A stretch of 27,066 bases of DNA, from positions 1 to 27,066 of the forward strand of contig NW_021834075.1 of NCBI RefSeq assembly GCF_006345805.1, read 5' to 3'. The first letter of the stretch is position 1. Each line of letters opens with the position of its first letter. The position numbers and the translations under genes are program-made. The DNA is from Octopus sinensis. Taxonomy: Eukaryota. Below the pieces are notes generated by a model, which ran no database searches, had not been told where the DNA came from, and worked only from the letters and a program-made list of their open reading frames with translations. Positions 1 to 10,555 of this stretch are shown here, in pieces.

Positions 1-10
1 TAGATAAGAT

Positions 11-70
<60 letters not shown>
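1..70. repeat. (GATA)n microsatellite, truncated by window start
   Basis: Near-perfect tandem GATA/TAGA units. Confidence 0.98.
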
Positions 71-206
71 CGTACTTCTCGTGAATTTGATATTTTAATA
101 CTGTTTGAAATTATTGTATATATATAGCACTGGCACCACCAATATTGAGAAGTGTCAATGACAATGGTGCGAAACCACGATACATTTTGGTCGTTGACTG
201 ACGACG

Positions 207-227
207 AAAATTTAACCGCGAATACTC

Positions 228-276
<49 letters not shown>

Positions 277-308
277 CCACACACACAGAGTATTCACGGT
301 TAAATTTT
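207..308. repeat. Inverted repeat with 30-bp arms around a (TA)n spacer
   Basis: 207-236 AAAATTTAACCGCGAATACTCTGTGTGTGT is the reverse complement of 279-308 at 29/30 positions; the spacer is mostly (AT)n. Confidence 0.93.
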
Positions 309-328
309 AAAAAAACCTTTTCACCTAA

Positions 329-372
329 CTATTCTTGATAAGTCAAACTATGACGAAAACCGGTTTGAATAG
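329..372 (+). ncRNA. Minimal type I hammerhead ribozyme-like motif, U3-A8 core variant
   Basis: Helix I CTATTC(329-334)/GAATAG(367-372); core TTGATAA(335-341); helix II GTCA/TGAC with loop AACTA; GAAA(355-358); palindromic helix III AACCGGTT(358-365); H17=T366. Confidence 0.6.
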
Positions 373-507
373 ATATATATTTATATATTTTTTCATTTTC
401 TCAATTCATTAAAATTTTCTTTCAATCGAGCATTCTGCATTTTTACAATTTTTCCTTGCTTATCATTTCTCCACGTGCGGTCAACACAACCCCACCATTT
501 ATTGATC

Positions 508-538
<31 letters not shown>

Positions 539-552
539 ATCATATATATGGT

Positions 553-795
553 GGAGGCGCGTGGCTTAGTGGTTAGGGTGTCAGCATCATTATCGTAAGA
601 TTGTGGTCTCGATTCCTGGGCAGGGTGACGCGTTGTGTTCTTGAGCAAAACACTTCATTTCACGTTGCTCCAGCCCACTCAACTGGCAAAAATGAGTAAC
701 GCTGCAATGGACTGGCGTCCCGTCCAGCTGGGGAACGCCATTGAAACCGGGAAACCGTGCCCATGAGCGTGGCTAGACTTTAAAAGGGCACATTT
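553..795 (+). mobile_element. tRNA-derived SINE (family A)
   Basis: A-box-like TGGCTTAGTGG and B-box-like GGTCTCGATTCC, followed by a CORE-type-like central domain (TTGAGCAAAACACTTCA...CACTCAACTGGCAAAAATGAGTA...GGACTGGCGTCCCGTCCAG). Confidence 0.8.
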
Positions 796-865
796 ATTTT
801 ATATTATATATATATAATATGTCGGTACCTCAACATGGCTGCAGCCTCAAGCTTCAACATAAAAA

Positions 866-941
866 GAATATATATATATATATGTATGTATGTTTGTATA
901 TATATATATATTTATATATATACATATCCATATGTATGTAC

Positions 942-985
<44 letters not shown>

Positions 986-1156
986 TATATACATAATATA
1001 TAATAAATATATGTAAAACATGTATCATGTATGTATATATATAAACTATATAAGTATATATATATATAAGTATATATACATATATATACATATATACGTA
1101 TATATATATATATATAAATAGATGCATAAATACACATATATACGTGCATATATATA

Positions 1157-1192
<36 letters not shown>

Positions 1193-1230
1193 TGTATGTA
1201 TGTATGTATGTATGTATATGTATATCAACA
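866..1230. repeat. Compound (TA)n/(TATG)n microsatellite
   Basis: Direct reading; it explains the overlapping low-complexity ORFs. Confidence 0.95.
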
Positions 1231-1649
1231 ATCACCAGCTGGTTAACAATTACAATTTACATTGTGATTAGCAAAAGATAGAAAAAAAACAACCGAAAAT
1301 AATAAGAAAAATCTTGAAAATAAGAATCTTTGAAGTAAGTCCAATCTTGATTAATTGAAGTTGTCTAGACGATTGTAGAACTTTACTCAGAAGAAGATAT
1401 GGATATGAGATGTTAGGAGACAAAATCGTTTTGAAGTATATGGGAAGATTCCTGCCTCTTGTACAAAACGTGTTTCAATGTTGAACCAACTTAATTCTGT
1501 TTTACAATCTATTAAAAGTGCATTGCAATGCATATCGATTGTATTTGAACATACATATATAGACAGACATACATATATACAGAAAACAGACAAACAGACA
1601 GCCATGTATATTTTCGGTTGGTACATAATTATTGCGGCTTTTATATATA

Positions 1650-1746
1650 ATGTATATATATATATATATATACATTTACATTACTAATTATATACATATA
1701 TATATATAATATATAATATATATATATATAATATATATATATATAA

Positions 1747-1779
<33 letters not shown>
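1650..1779. repeat. Imperfect (TA)n microsatellite
   Basis: Direct reading. Confidence 0.95.
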
Positions 1780-1782
<3 letters not shown>

Positions 1783-2203
1783 CGCGAGTGCGATGATTTG
1801 AAAATTTTAGGTCAGATATTGCCGAGGCAGGGACGGGAATGCCTCGTGAAAAATATCTGTTCCGACTTGGCTATTTCTTACTGATGAATCTAAGGGCCTA
1901 TGGTGGATGGCTTAATTTAATTTAATCAGGTTAGTTTACCATTAAACAGTAGATGAAACGGTGCATCGTATAAGAAATTACAGGGTAAATGTTTTTTAAT
2001 TTTCTCCTGGTTTACGGAATTGATTGTTATTTTGCGGTTTAAGCTTTTGGCTGTTATTTCTAGTGGGTGAATGGCCTATTATGGCCGTTCCTTGATTGTG
2101 ATGTTGACTTAAAAATGGTCTATGACTATTTAATTTTTTCCCACTAGGCCGCTGGTGGCAAAAAATTCTACAAAAGTTTTGCCACCCTATATTGATTAAT
2201 TAT
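1780..2203 (+). mobile_element. About 420-bp non-coding, highly structured, hammerhead-bearing element between two (TA)n tracts (Penelope pLTR/retrozyme-like)
   Basis: Bounded by (TA)n on both sides, no ORF. Contains a hammerhead plus stems 1813-1820/1852-1859, 1823-1829/1840-1846, 2060-2067/2140-2147 and 2154-2163/2177-2186. The mobile-element identity is inferred. Confidence 0.5.
1873..1978 (+). ncRNA. Type I hammerhead ribozyme with canonical core and GUA cleavage triplet
   Basis: Helix I ATTTCTTA(1873-1880)/TAAGAAAT(1971-1978); CTGATGA(1881-1887); helix II ATCTA(1888-1892)/TAGAT(1950-1954) closing a long imperfect hairpin; GAAA(1955-1958); helix III ACGG/TCGT with loop TGCA; GTA(1968-1970). 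Confidence 0.85.
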
Positions 2204-2218
2204 TATATATATATATAT

Positions 2219-2252
<34 letters not shown>

Positions 2253-2384
2253 ATATATATATAATATATATATAATATATATATATATATGTATAATATA
2301 TATATATATATGTATATATAAATGTATATGTATAAGTATATATCTATATATATATATACATATATATATATATAATATATAATG

Positions 2385-2460
<76 letters not shown>
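2204..2460. repeat. Long (TA)n microsatellite
   Basis: Direct reading. Confidence 0.97.
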
Positions 2461-2461
<1 letters not shown>

Positions 2462-2465
<4 letters not shown>

Positions 2466-3262
2466 TACTTTGATAGGTTTCGGCCAGTATTGGCCCAGGC
2501 CATATCTAACTTAATAGCACCATTTGCCAAAGTCATTCACATCAGGAATTAAACATGACCCACTCGAGGAGAGAGTTATAATTTGCGGAGACATATCCGG
2601 GTGCAGGAATTTGAAGGAATTTGGCCAAAGACTTCTTGAACTTTATGGGATCTGTTTCTGTGTTTTGCTATAATGTTAAAGACAGCGGGGCCAATTGTCG
2701 TGAAATAATTGTGCCGTATTGTTGTCATGTGATGCGAGTATAATTTCTGTTGTAGGCGGATGGCACGGTGTCTAAGTCTTGAGTGTATCGTAAAGGCGAT
2801 GCCAATATCATTTGGGCAATGCTGATGGAATATTTTCTCCCTCATGCAAATGTTGTAGCGCTTACGGCAGCGTTGGGAAGAATAAAGGTTGAGCTTTTCT
2901 AGTCGACCCCCAGTAGTCAAGGCCTATCATGCCATCTATCTTTTTTGCAATTGACTTTTGAGATACTTCAATTTTCATGATACTTTGTTTCGTGTGGACA
3001 ACAGTATTCAAGGTGGGGTCCGGCAAAAGCAGAGAAGAGAAGGATAACGGCGTGGATATCTCTCGACTGGAAAACTCTGAGATCCAGGAGCGAACTATGA
3101 CAGCTTTTGCTGTTTATATGAGCGGCCCAGCTTATGTTGTTCTCCACAATTATCCCCAAGTCTCTGATGTTGTTGGATGCCATGAGAGTTTCACCTGAAG
3201 GAAGGGAGTATGGGAGTTTCAGGGTATCCTCTTTTGAAAAGTGGATCAACTCAAATTTGTCT
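2462..3262 (-). mobile_element. CR1/L2-like LINE, 5'-truncated RT C-terminus plus 3' UTR (decayed)
   Basis: Minus-strand peptides KFELIHF...IRDLGIIVENNISWAAHIN...PHLEYCCP and GRLEKLNLYSSQR...IGPAVFNII match the typical CR1/L2 RT tail; frameshifts are present. Confidence 0.85.
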
Positions 3263-3764
3263 ACACACACACATGTATGTATGTATGTGTGTGTGTAAAT
3301 AGGTAGGACGGTAGGTAGGTGTGTATATACTCGTATGTAGTATTTGTATGAATGTATACATTTGTATATGTGTGGGTTTGTACATATGTATGATCGCTTC
3401 TTTGTAAAGTTATATATGTATATTACACATTAAACATTAAACATTAAAACGGATTCAAACACATACCGGAAATTACTCCTGGATTTTCACATATTTCAAC
3501 ACATTTTTCTTTTTTTTTTTCGCTTCGTTGTTTTCTTCCTTTCCCATACATCGTGAAACGAATTAGCTATTTAGTGTCCTTTGAAACAATCATCATCATC
3601 ATGATCATCATCATCATACAAATAACACAACACACATTTTTTAAATAAATACCGCAACTAAACGGTTAACTTCAGAAAAAATATAAAGCACTACATCAAA
3701 AATTGCTACGCGAAATACTGTAAGTGAACTGTTCTCAGCCTCTTCCTTCTGTCAACTCCTCCTT

Positions 3765-4345
3765 CGCAGTATAAATGCACGTGGCCTGTGGTCACCATGG
3801 AAGCAGGAACACCTGATCATTAACTTCAGGTCACTAATTATAGATATAGTCACCATCAGCTACGAATCTTCACGTCCATTTTCGGTGGATTCGAGATGTA
3901 TGCTTCCCCAAATCAGCCTGGATTGTGAGGTGAAGTGGGTGTGTTATTTCGGAAAGGTCTGGTACCCTCAATACAGATTATCTGCATGGGCCTAGAAGGT
4001 AACTTGATACTCTTCGACGTGGACAGCACCAATAACCAGTAGCTCTCCACGTCCTTGTAGGGGCGAAGCAAACAGATTTCTTCGGGAGACTGGAGCTTTT
4101 CCTCGGAACGTCCTTCACTTAAGGGTTAAACGTCAATTGGAACATCATTTTTGGATGCATATTTGGATTGGGTGAGGGTTGCCGATAGGAGAAACGACGT
4201 CAAAACCTTGCAGATCTATTCAGAGGTTTGCAACTAGCGGACGGATAACCACTGGATGCGTTGGCCGACCACTGCTAAATGCACCATTTAGGACACGAAA
4301 AAAGAGCATCGAGTCATCCAGTTCCGATCTAGATAGAGTATTCTA
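3765..4345 (+). mobile_element. L1/Tx1-like LINE ORF2 N-terminal APE endonuclease fragment (decayed)
   Basis: Frames read SINARGLWSPWKQEHL...IDIVTIS, then DFFGRLELFLGTS...NWNII, then SDLDRVFYR, matching the APE motif order (xNxRGL, GDWN-like, SRLDR-like), with stops and frameshifts. Confidence 0.7.
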
Positions 4346-4552
4346 TAGGACATCTAACACATTAATTTCCTCATAACATCTTATAAACAATATACAAAAA
4401 TCTTATCTAAAGTTTAATCAGGAATTGTTTTCTATTATTAAAATCCCTAAATTTTATCTCAGCAAAAAGATTTTCTCTAGAAGTTCGTTTGTATCGCTTT
4501 CTTCTGCTTTGCCCGTGTTCAAGAAAGTATTTTCGTGTATAATGCTAAAGCT

Positions 4553-4760
4553 AATAAGGATTTCAAATTGTGGTACAAGGCCAGCAGATTCGGGGGCAGG
4601 GGATAAGCCGATTATATTGACCTCTGTGTTCAATTGGTACTTATTTCATCGACCCCGAAAGGATGAAAGGCAAATTCGATCTCGGCGGAATTTGAACTCC
4701 GTACGTAAGGCCGAACGAAATGCTGCCTAGCGTTTTGTCCGGCGTATTATCCGTTCTGTC
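4553..4760 (-). mobile_element. tRNA-derived SINE (family B)
   Basis: Minus strand has B-box GAGTTCAAATTCC followed by TTGCCTTTCATCCTTTCGGGGTCGATGAAATAAGTACC; similar to copies at 11736, 13533, 13746 and 23775. Confidence 0.85.
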
Positions 4761-4844
4761 TTCGATTTTAATACAAATATTTCCAGTTATTATATTTTAC
4801 TTTTAAAAATTTGTTTTCAATAAATGGTGCTGTTGTTGCTGTGA

Positions 4845-4991
<147 letters not shown>

Positions 4992-5535
4992 GGGAGGGGT
5001 GATGACGATTGCGGTGGCGATAGTGGTAGTGGTGGTGGTGGTCATCGTCGTGACCCACTCCAGTTTAGCAGTGGTCGGCCAACGCATCTCATCTTCTCAG
5101 GCACAGTTATATAGGTGCTATAACCAAATTTTTGCCCCTTTTTCTTTTTACAATGGCTGCGTATTATTTCAATGGAATTTAGTTACATAGTCTTCAAGTT
5201 TGAGAAAACATATAGAGCTTCCTTATTTTACTTGCATGTCAATGATCTGAGACGGAAATAAGCGTGAATTGCTGAAAACTTCCACCAACCGCCCGTCGCT
5301 GCTACTATATTAGCTGGTCAGAGACGAGACGGTTATATCTCAAATCTCTTTTTAAATATACCATCTGCAGTAAAGAAAAAATATTATTTGCTGTAGTAAA
5401 TTTGTTATTTACTATTTAGCGATCAGATGTCAAGATGTCACACGACAGTTTTCATAACATTACTGCCACCTCCAAGCATTTCGGTGAATACGTGCGTATG
5501 CATGAGTGTTTATACTGTTATATATATATATATAT

Positions 5536-5586
<51 letters not shown>

Positions 5587-5611
5587 TGAGTGCGTGTGTG
5601 TGTATATATAT

Positions 5612-5937
5612 ACTTTTATTCGTTTCAGTTTTGACTGCGACCATGCCGGAGTCGAACAAGTCTACTCTCGCACTTATTATTCTTTTCTGAACCGCTAAGT
5701 AACGAGGACGTAAACACACCAGCATCGGTTGTCAAGTGATAGTAGGGACACAAACACAGACACAAAAACATATACATATATACGATGGGCTTCTCTCAGT
5801 TTCCGTAAACCAAATCCACTTCTATTATAGCCCGAGGCTATAATAGAAGACACTTGCCCAAGGTACCACAGTGGGACTGAACTCAGAACCATGTGGTTGA
5901 TAAGCAAGCTGCTTACCACAATAGCCACTCCCGCACC

Positions 5938-5938
<1 letters not shown>
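5612..5938 (-). mobile_element. tRNA-derived SINE (family C)
   Basis: Minus strand reads GAGTGGCTATTGTGGTAAGCAGCTTGC...TTCAGTCCCACTG...GGGCAAGTGTCTTCTATTATAGCC...GACAACCGATGCTGGTGTGTTTACGTCC; similar to copies at 12372, 15106 and 24133. Confidence 0.9.
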
Positions 5939-5939
<1 letters not shown>

Positions 5940-6014
<75 letters not shown>

Positions 6015-6017
6015 GTA

Positions 6018-6077
<60 letters not shown>

Positions 6078-6086
6078 ATATATATA

Positions 6087-6135
<49 letters not shown>
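5940..6135. repeat. (TA)n microsatellite
   Basis: Direct reading. Confidence 0.97.
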
Positions 6136-6137
<2 letters not shown>

Positions 6138-6456
6138 AGTTAAACGCAGGTGTTATTCAAATCCTTTTACTTCCGACACATGTGTCGAAGATATCATTGG
6201 TATTATTCCAAAGTAATAAAATGGTGTAAAGCAATAAAGATAAAAAATCGTTTATATCCTTACAAGTAGATTTCATGTCTCCATTAGAATAGGTAGCTTT
6301 TCTTCTCAGTTATCAAAAAGAGTTTTATTTCTTCATTTCCCTGAAGAGAAGATTACATTGTTTTACACCATTTTATTCCTTTGGAATAATACCAGTGATA
6401 TCTTCGGAACATGTGTCGGAAGTAAAAGAATTCGAATAACACCTGCGTTTAACTCC
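6136..6456. mobile_element. Fold-back/MITE-like element with 100-bp inverted arms
   Basis: 6136-6235 and the reverse complement of 6357-6456 are 93/100 identical, with a 121-bp spacer; the left arm abuts (TA)n. The inverted repeat is certain; the element class is inferred. Confidence 0.65.
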
Positions 6457-6673
6457 ATTTATTTATTTATATATATTATACAAAATATTTCAGGTAAACC
6501 CGGAGTTTCTTCCTTTAAAAACAAGGTGTTACGCCCTTTTTACTTGTGTGATATTTTGCTACCCTGGTAACTATTTATATATTGTTTCCGTGTTGGTTGT
6601 TAACAAGGGAAAATACACACATCTATTTATATATATATATATATATATTATGTGTGTGTGTGTGTGTGCGTGT

Positions 6674-6708
<35 letters not shown>

Positions 6709-7439
6709 TTATATATAAGTATATATATATATATATATAATATATATATATCAAGAATATATAGTTAGTCATATTGTGTGCATGTCTGTAACACAAAAAT
6801 GCACACACATACACAAACTCGCACACACATATGTACGTATGTACATGTGTTGCATATACCTGTATACTAATCGCACTAGCGCCAGATTGCTGCAAGCGAC
6901 GGTGATTTTATGGATAAATACATTAAGAAATACGAACACTAGAATTGCCTATCAAAATAACAAAGTAAATTCTATTTGAACAACAAAATTCTTTGTTGTT
7001 TGGAAATGTCATTCGCCATGTTAGATGTAACCTTTTAGCTTTGTCTTGTTATAAAGTAATAACAAAGTCTCGTTCATTGTATACATACGAAGAGATATAT
7101 CTTGTAAGTGTAGTGATGTATATTTAGACCAAATCAGTCTAAATTGAACAGTTCTATGGCGTAAAGTACTCTAGTGTTCAAAAACGTTGCTTGATTGGAG
7201 AACGACCTGACGGCTATTAAAATGTTTAAACAGCCAATTTTAGTATATTTTAATAAAAAAAAATACTGCTTTCATTAGTCATTTAACACGATCTTTATTT
7301 AAATGCTTTAACATTCTCTTTTTATCTTTATCTTTCTCCTGTTCTTTTCTACTGCAATCAACTCCACTATTTATTTTCTTGCGCTGTCTTCAAACATAGA
7401 CAACTTGTGATGGTTTTCGCAATTATAACAATATTGTTA

Positions 7440-7790
7440 CAGCAAGTGTCAACTGATCATTGCCTGCCTTTGATCATAGATCTGCTCGGATGAGAAATGG
7501 TGTGTGTCCGGGTATCAGAGTGGATGAAGAATTAAAGCAGCCAGCTCAGAGGACTAGATATCACCATGGTATAATAGAATAGCAAGAAAAAAGAGACAAC
7601 ACATCTGTTATGTATAAGAGTTGGTTTCCGAGCTGACCCATACCAATTAATCGAGTTCATTTTCTTTAGATGCCATCTAAGATGTCTGTATATGTAGTAG
7701 CAGCATCGTCCACTATGTTGGAACAGTACTCTAGTGGGTGTCAAGTGTATTAGTCGCTAATGATATATAGGTCTTAGAACATTGACACAA
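7440..7790 (-). mobile_element. L2/CR1/Jockey-like LINE RT 3' fragment (old)
   Basis: Minus-strand frames PLEYCSNIVDDAATTYTDILDGI and FYYxHG...SSELAALI resemble the RPxLEY...LDRIQ...FYRYYHG tail of these RTs. Confidence 0.65.
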
Positions 7791-8589
7791 TCCATAAATT
7801 TTGAAGAATACAACCGATAAAATCAAATCCTGGACTTTATCTTTATTTTATTTCTATCAGGAGTATGAAAAAACTAAAAATGTTATGAGCTGTAATTATT
7901 ATAGACTATCGCAAAGCAGTTTATCTGCCATGCTAACGATTCAAACAGACAAGGAAACACTGCCTCTAAAAATAAACACAAATGTTAAAATTTACATATT
8001 AATCAAATTGCTTACAGAACAACGAATCCCTAGAGAGAAATATACTGACCAGCAACCTTTGCACCTAGCCACATCCTCTAGAGAAATTCAAAGTAAAAGA
8101 TACCCTAACGTGGTGCACTAATTACCTCTACCTACCAAATACAAACAGGAAATATCCTATATGACAACATCAAGTAAGGAAATTTACTGACCAACTAAAA
8201 CATACCACCTACTAACATCTTTTTGTGAACCTTAAAAAGTTCCATTACAAAAATGTTGACCCACCCAATTAAGCTTTTCAATATTGGACTAGACTTTGAA
8301 CTTTGATTTGTATGTTGCTAATGTAAAGGATTAAATCCAATAAAACCAGGGTTAGCTAAAACTAATGGCACTTCCGCTGACCGAAAAACTTTCTCTTCCT
8401 ACTAATAAAAAACACTAGAAAAAACAATCCTATGACCTGAAGCTAGCGCACCTGAGTATACAGGCCCGTTTACAAAGTTTTACGCGCATTAATGAATTTT
8501 GAACAATATCATAACCCCAAATTAAAAGGAAAATTTCTCTACATCTCTCCATCACAACCCATCCTACAACCTAATTACTATAAGAAAGC

Positions 8590-8720
8590 AGGTGTTTACC
8601 AGGTCGATCCCACTACAAGATGACACGGCCAAGTTATCTTCTACGACAGGCACGGTGGACAAAAGCCTTCTGAATAATATTTGACAGGGGAAAACTGTTT
8701 GGAAGCCTGTCGTACATACT
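8590..8720 (+). mobile_element. Old diverged SINE family C 5' fragment
   Basis: CCAGGTCGATCCCACTAC...CCAAGTTATCTTCTAC...CAAAAGCCTTCTGA...GGAAAACTG...GAAGCCTGTCGTA aligns by eye to the family C head and body and is followed by the same CA-rich tract. Confidence 0.5.
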
Positions 8721-9619
8721 CACACATACATACATACAGACACACAGAGACACATACACACATACAAACACACGGACACATGCACACAGACACATACACA
8801 CGCACAGAAACACACACACATACATACATACACACAGACAGACAGACAGGCACACACACAACACACTCAAACATATATAAACACACTCGTATTTGTGCGC
8901 GAGTGCGTATGTATATACACCACAAAATGTGATCAGACTTGAAAAGAACTTCCGAATCACACGATCATAGCTTTTAAGCTCGAAAGAAAATATATATGGC
9001 CCGATCAAAACAATTATATGTTATTTAAAAAGCTATGCTAATTAGTGCCACATTAAATAAACGTTCGAAATCTTTTCTTTTGTTTTTATTTCCTTTGTGT
9101 TTTTTCTGTTGTTTTTCTTTTTGTTTCTCTTTCTTATTTATTTATTTATTTATTTATTTTGCTTCTTAATGTGAACATTTTAAATCCTGTAATGTTTTAT
9201 TTTCTCGTTTGAAACTAATTTACTGTGAAGTTAAGAAACTATAAATAAAATTACAGCCAAATAACGCCAAATAAAATTGTTGTTGCGCAGCCGGATCGAA
9301 CATTTTATTATTTAAAATTTAAGTACATCGCTTTGCAAAAGTTTTATTGATCATTGTAATTATAGATTTGCCTCAGCATGACGTATCTGCTGAGTGAATT
9401 TACCCCAGTAAATTACTGGTACTGGTACTGAGTCTCTGATTTTATTGGTTTGAGAGGCTGAAAACGAAACTGTTCCGATGTGTTTTGAACTCAGAAGAAA
9501 CAGAGACAAAACTAAAAGCCATAGAAGAGTTATCAGGTTCTTCCTTGTTTCTACCATTCCACAGCTTTCTATAAATGTAAACACTATGAAAAGAGACCAA
9601 TGTGCCTAATGTCATAGAT

Positions 9620-9988
9620 CGTGGCACTCCGTCGGTTACGACGACGACGGTTCCAGTTGATCCGATCAAAGGAACAGCCTGCTTGTGAAATTAACGTGCA
9701 AGTGGCTGAGCACTCCACAGACACGTGTACCCTTAACGTAGTTCTCGGAGAGATTCAGCATGACACAGAGTGTGACAAGGCTGGCCTTTTGAAATACAGT
9801 TACAACAGAAACAGGGAGAAAGAGTTAGAAAAAGTTGTAGTGAAAAAGTACAGCAAGTTTCGCTACCACCCCCTGCTGGAGTCTCGTGGAGCTTTAGGTG
9901 TCTTCGCTCTATAAACACTCACAACGCCCGGTCTGGGAATTGAAACCGCGATACTACGACCGCAAGTCCGCTACCCTAACCATTGGGC
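9620..9988 (-). mobile_element. tRNA-derived SINE (family D), near full length
   Basis: Minus-strand head GCCCAATGGTTAGGGTAGCGGACTTGCGGTCGTAGTATCGCGGTTTCAATTCCCAGACC has A and B boxes; the body matches an octopus SINE I recall from memory. Confidence 0.75.
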
Positions 9989-10230
9989 GTGTGTGGTGTA
10001 TGTGTGTAGTGTGGTGTGTGTGTGTTGTGTGGTGTGGTTTGTGTTTGAGGTGGCGTGGTTTGTGTGTGTATGCTGAAGCGTGCGCTTGTGTGTGTGTGTG
10101 TGTGTACGAGCGAGTGGACAAACGAAAGAAAGTGTCACCCAAAATATTTGGTAAGAATTACATATTTTTAATAATAGTTTTACTCAGCGTCGTATGACTT
10201 CAAGGTTCATAGGTGCGTAGGACACATCAA

Positions 10231-10271
10231 TCTCATCAGATATGAGAAGAGTCTTCTGATATCTGATGAGA
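10231..10271. repeat. 41-bp near-perfect palindrome
   Basis: TCTCATCAGATATGAGAAGA-G-TCTTCTGATATCTGATGAGA: 20-bp arms, 19/20 complementary, 1-nt spacer. Confidence 0.95.
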
Positions 10272-10349
10272 CTGCTGCGTCGTACACACACACGAAACTT
10301 TAAACCATATGGAGCTGAGTAAAGATGTTATTAAAAATATGTGTGCACA

Positions 10350-10555
10350 AGTATGTGTGTGTGTGTTTGTTTATCCACCACTACCGCTAGACAATCAGTA
10401 CGGGGTTGTTTATTCCTTCGTTACATCAGCAGGTTAGCAAATAAGATCAATAAACCATGTAATATATGTACCTGGAAAGATTTATTTGAGTAAAACCCTT
10501 CAATGCGATACCCCAGTATGACCACGAGCCAATAACTAAAAGATGTAAAGTATGG
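10350..10555 (+). mobile_element. Highly diverged SINE family C 3' half
   Basis: CCACTACCGCTAGACAATCAGTACGGGGTTGTTTATTCC...CCCCAGTATGACCACGAG...ATAACTAAAAGA resembles the family C 3' half. Confidence 0.45.

Noticed and set aside
186-220. GTCGT/ACGAC stem followed by GAAAATTT, and CTGACGA nearby
   Set aside because: No core lies 5' of the stem and no helix I can be formed, so it is not a hammerhead.
553-630. tRNA-like heads at 553, 9930-9988 and other SINE starts
   Set aside because: No complete cloverleaf, and each continues into a SINE body, so they are not tRNA genes.
2465-2510. GGCC...GGCCGAAAC on the minus strand
   Set aside because: No CUGANGA-like core or helix I; better explained as the 3' UTR stem-loop of the CR1/L2-like LINE.
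3720-3769. Apparent 50-nt GTAAGT...CGCAG intron
   Set aside because: The downstream frame is LINE APE endonuclease sequence, so the splice-like signals are probably coincidental.
6357-6420. Hammerhead-like remnants in the inverted arms (CCGAAGA...GGTGTA AAAC AAT GTA on the minus strand)
   Set aside because: U4 and G12 are missing and there is no helix I.
7801-8590. 106-aa ORF and A-rich strand bias suggestive of a LINE
   Set aside because: I recognise no motif in any frame; left unassigned pending a repeat-library or HMM search.
9360-9557. Minus-strand ORF with a signal-peptide-like hydrophobic stretch (MVETRKNLITLLWLLVLSLFLL...)
   Set aside because: Short, no recognisable homology, and such stretches arise easily in T-rich DNA; needs RNA-seq support.
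10263-10310. CTGATGAG...CGAAAC after the palindrome
   Set aside because: Helix II cannot form beyond one pair, and helices III and I are absent.
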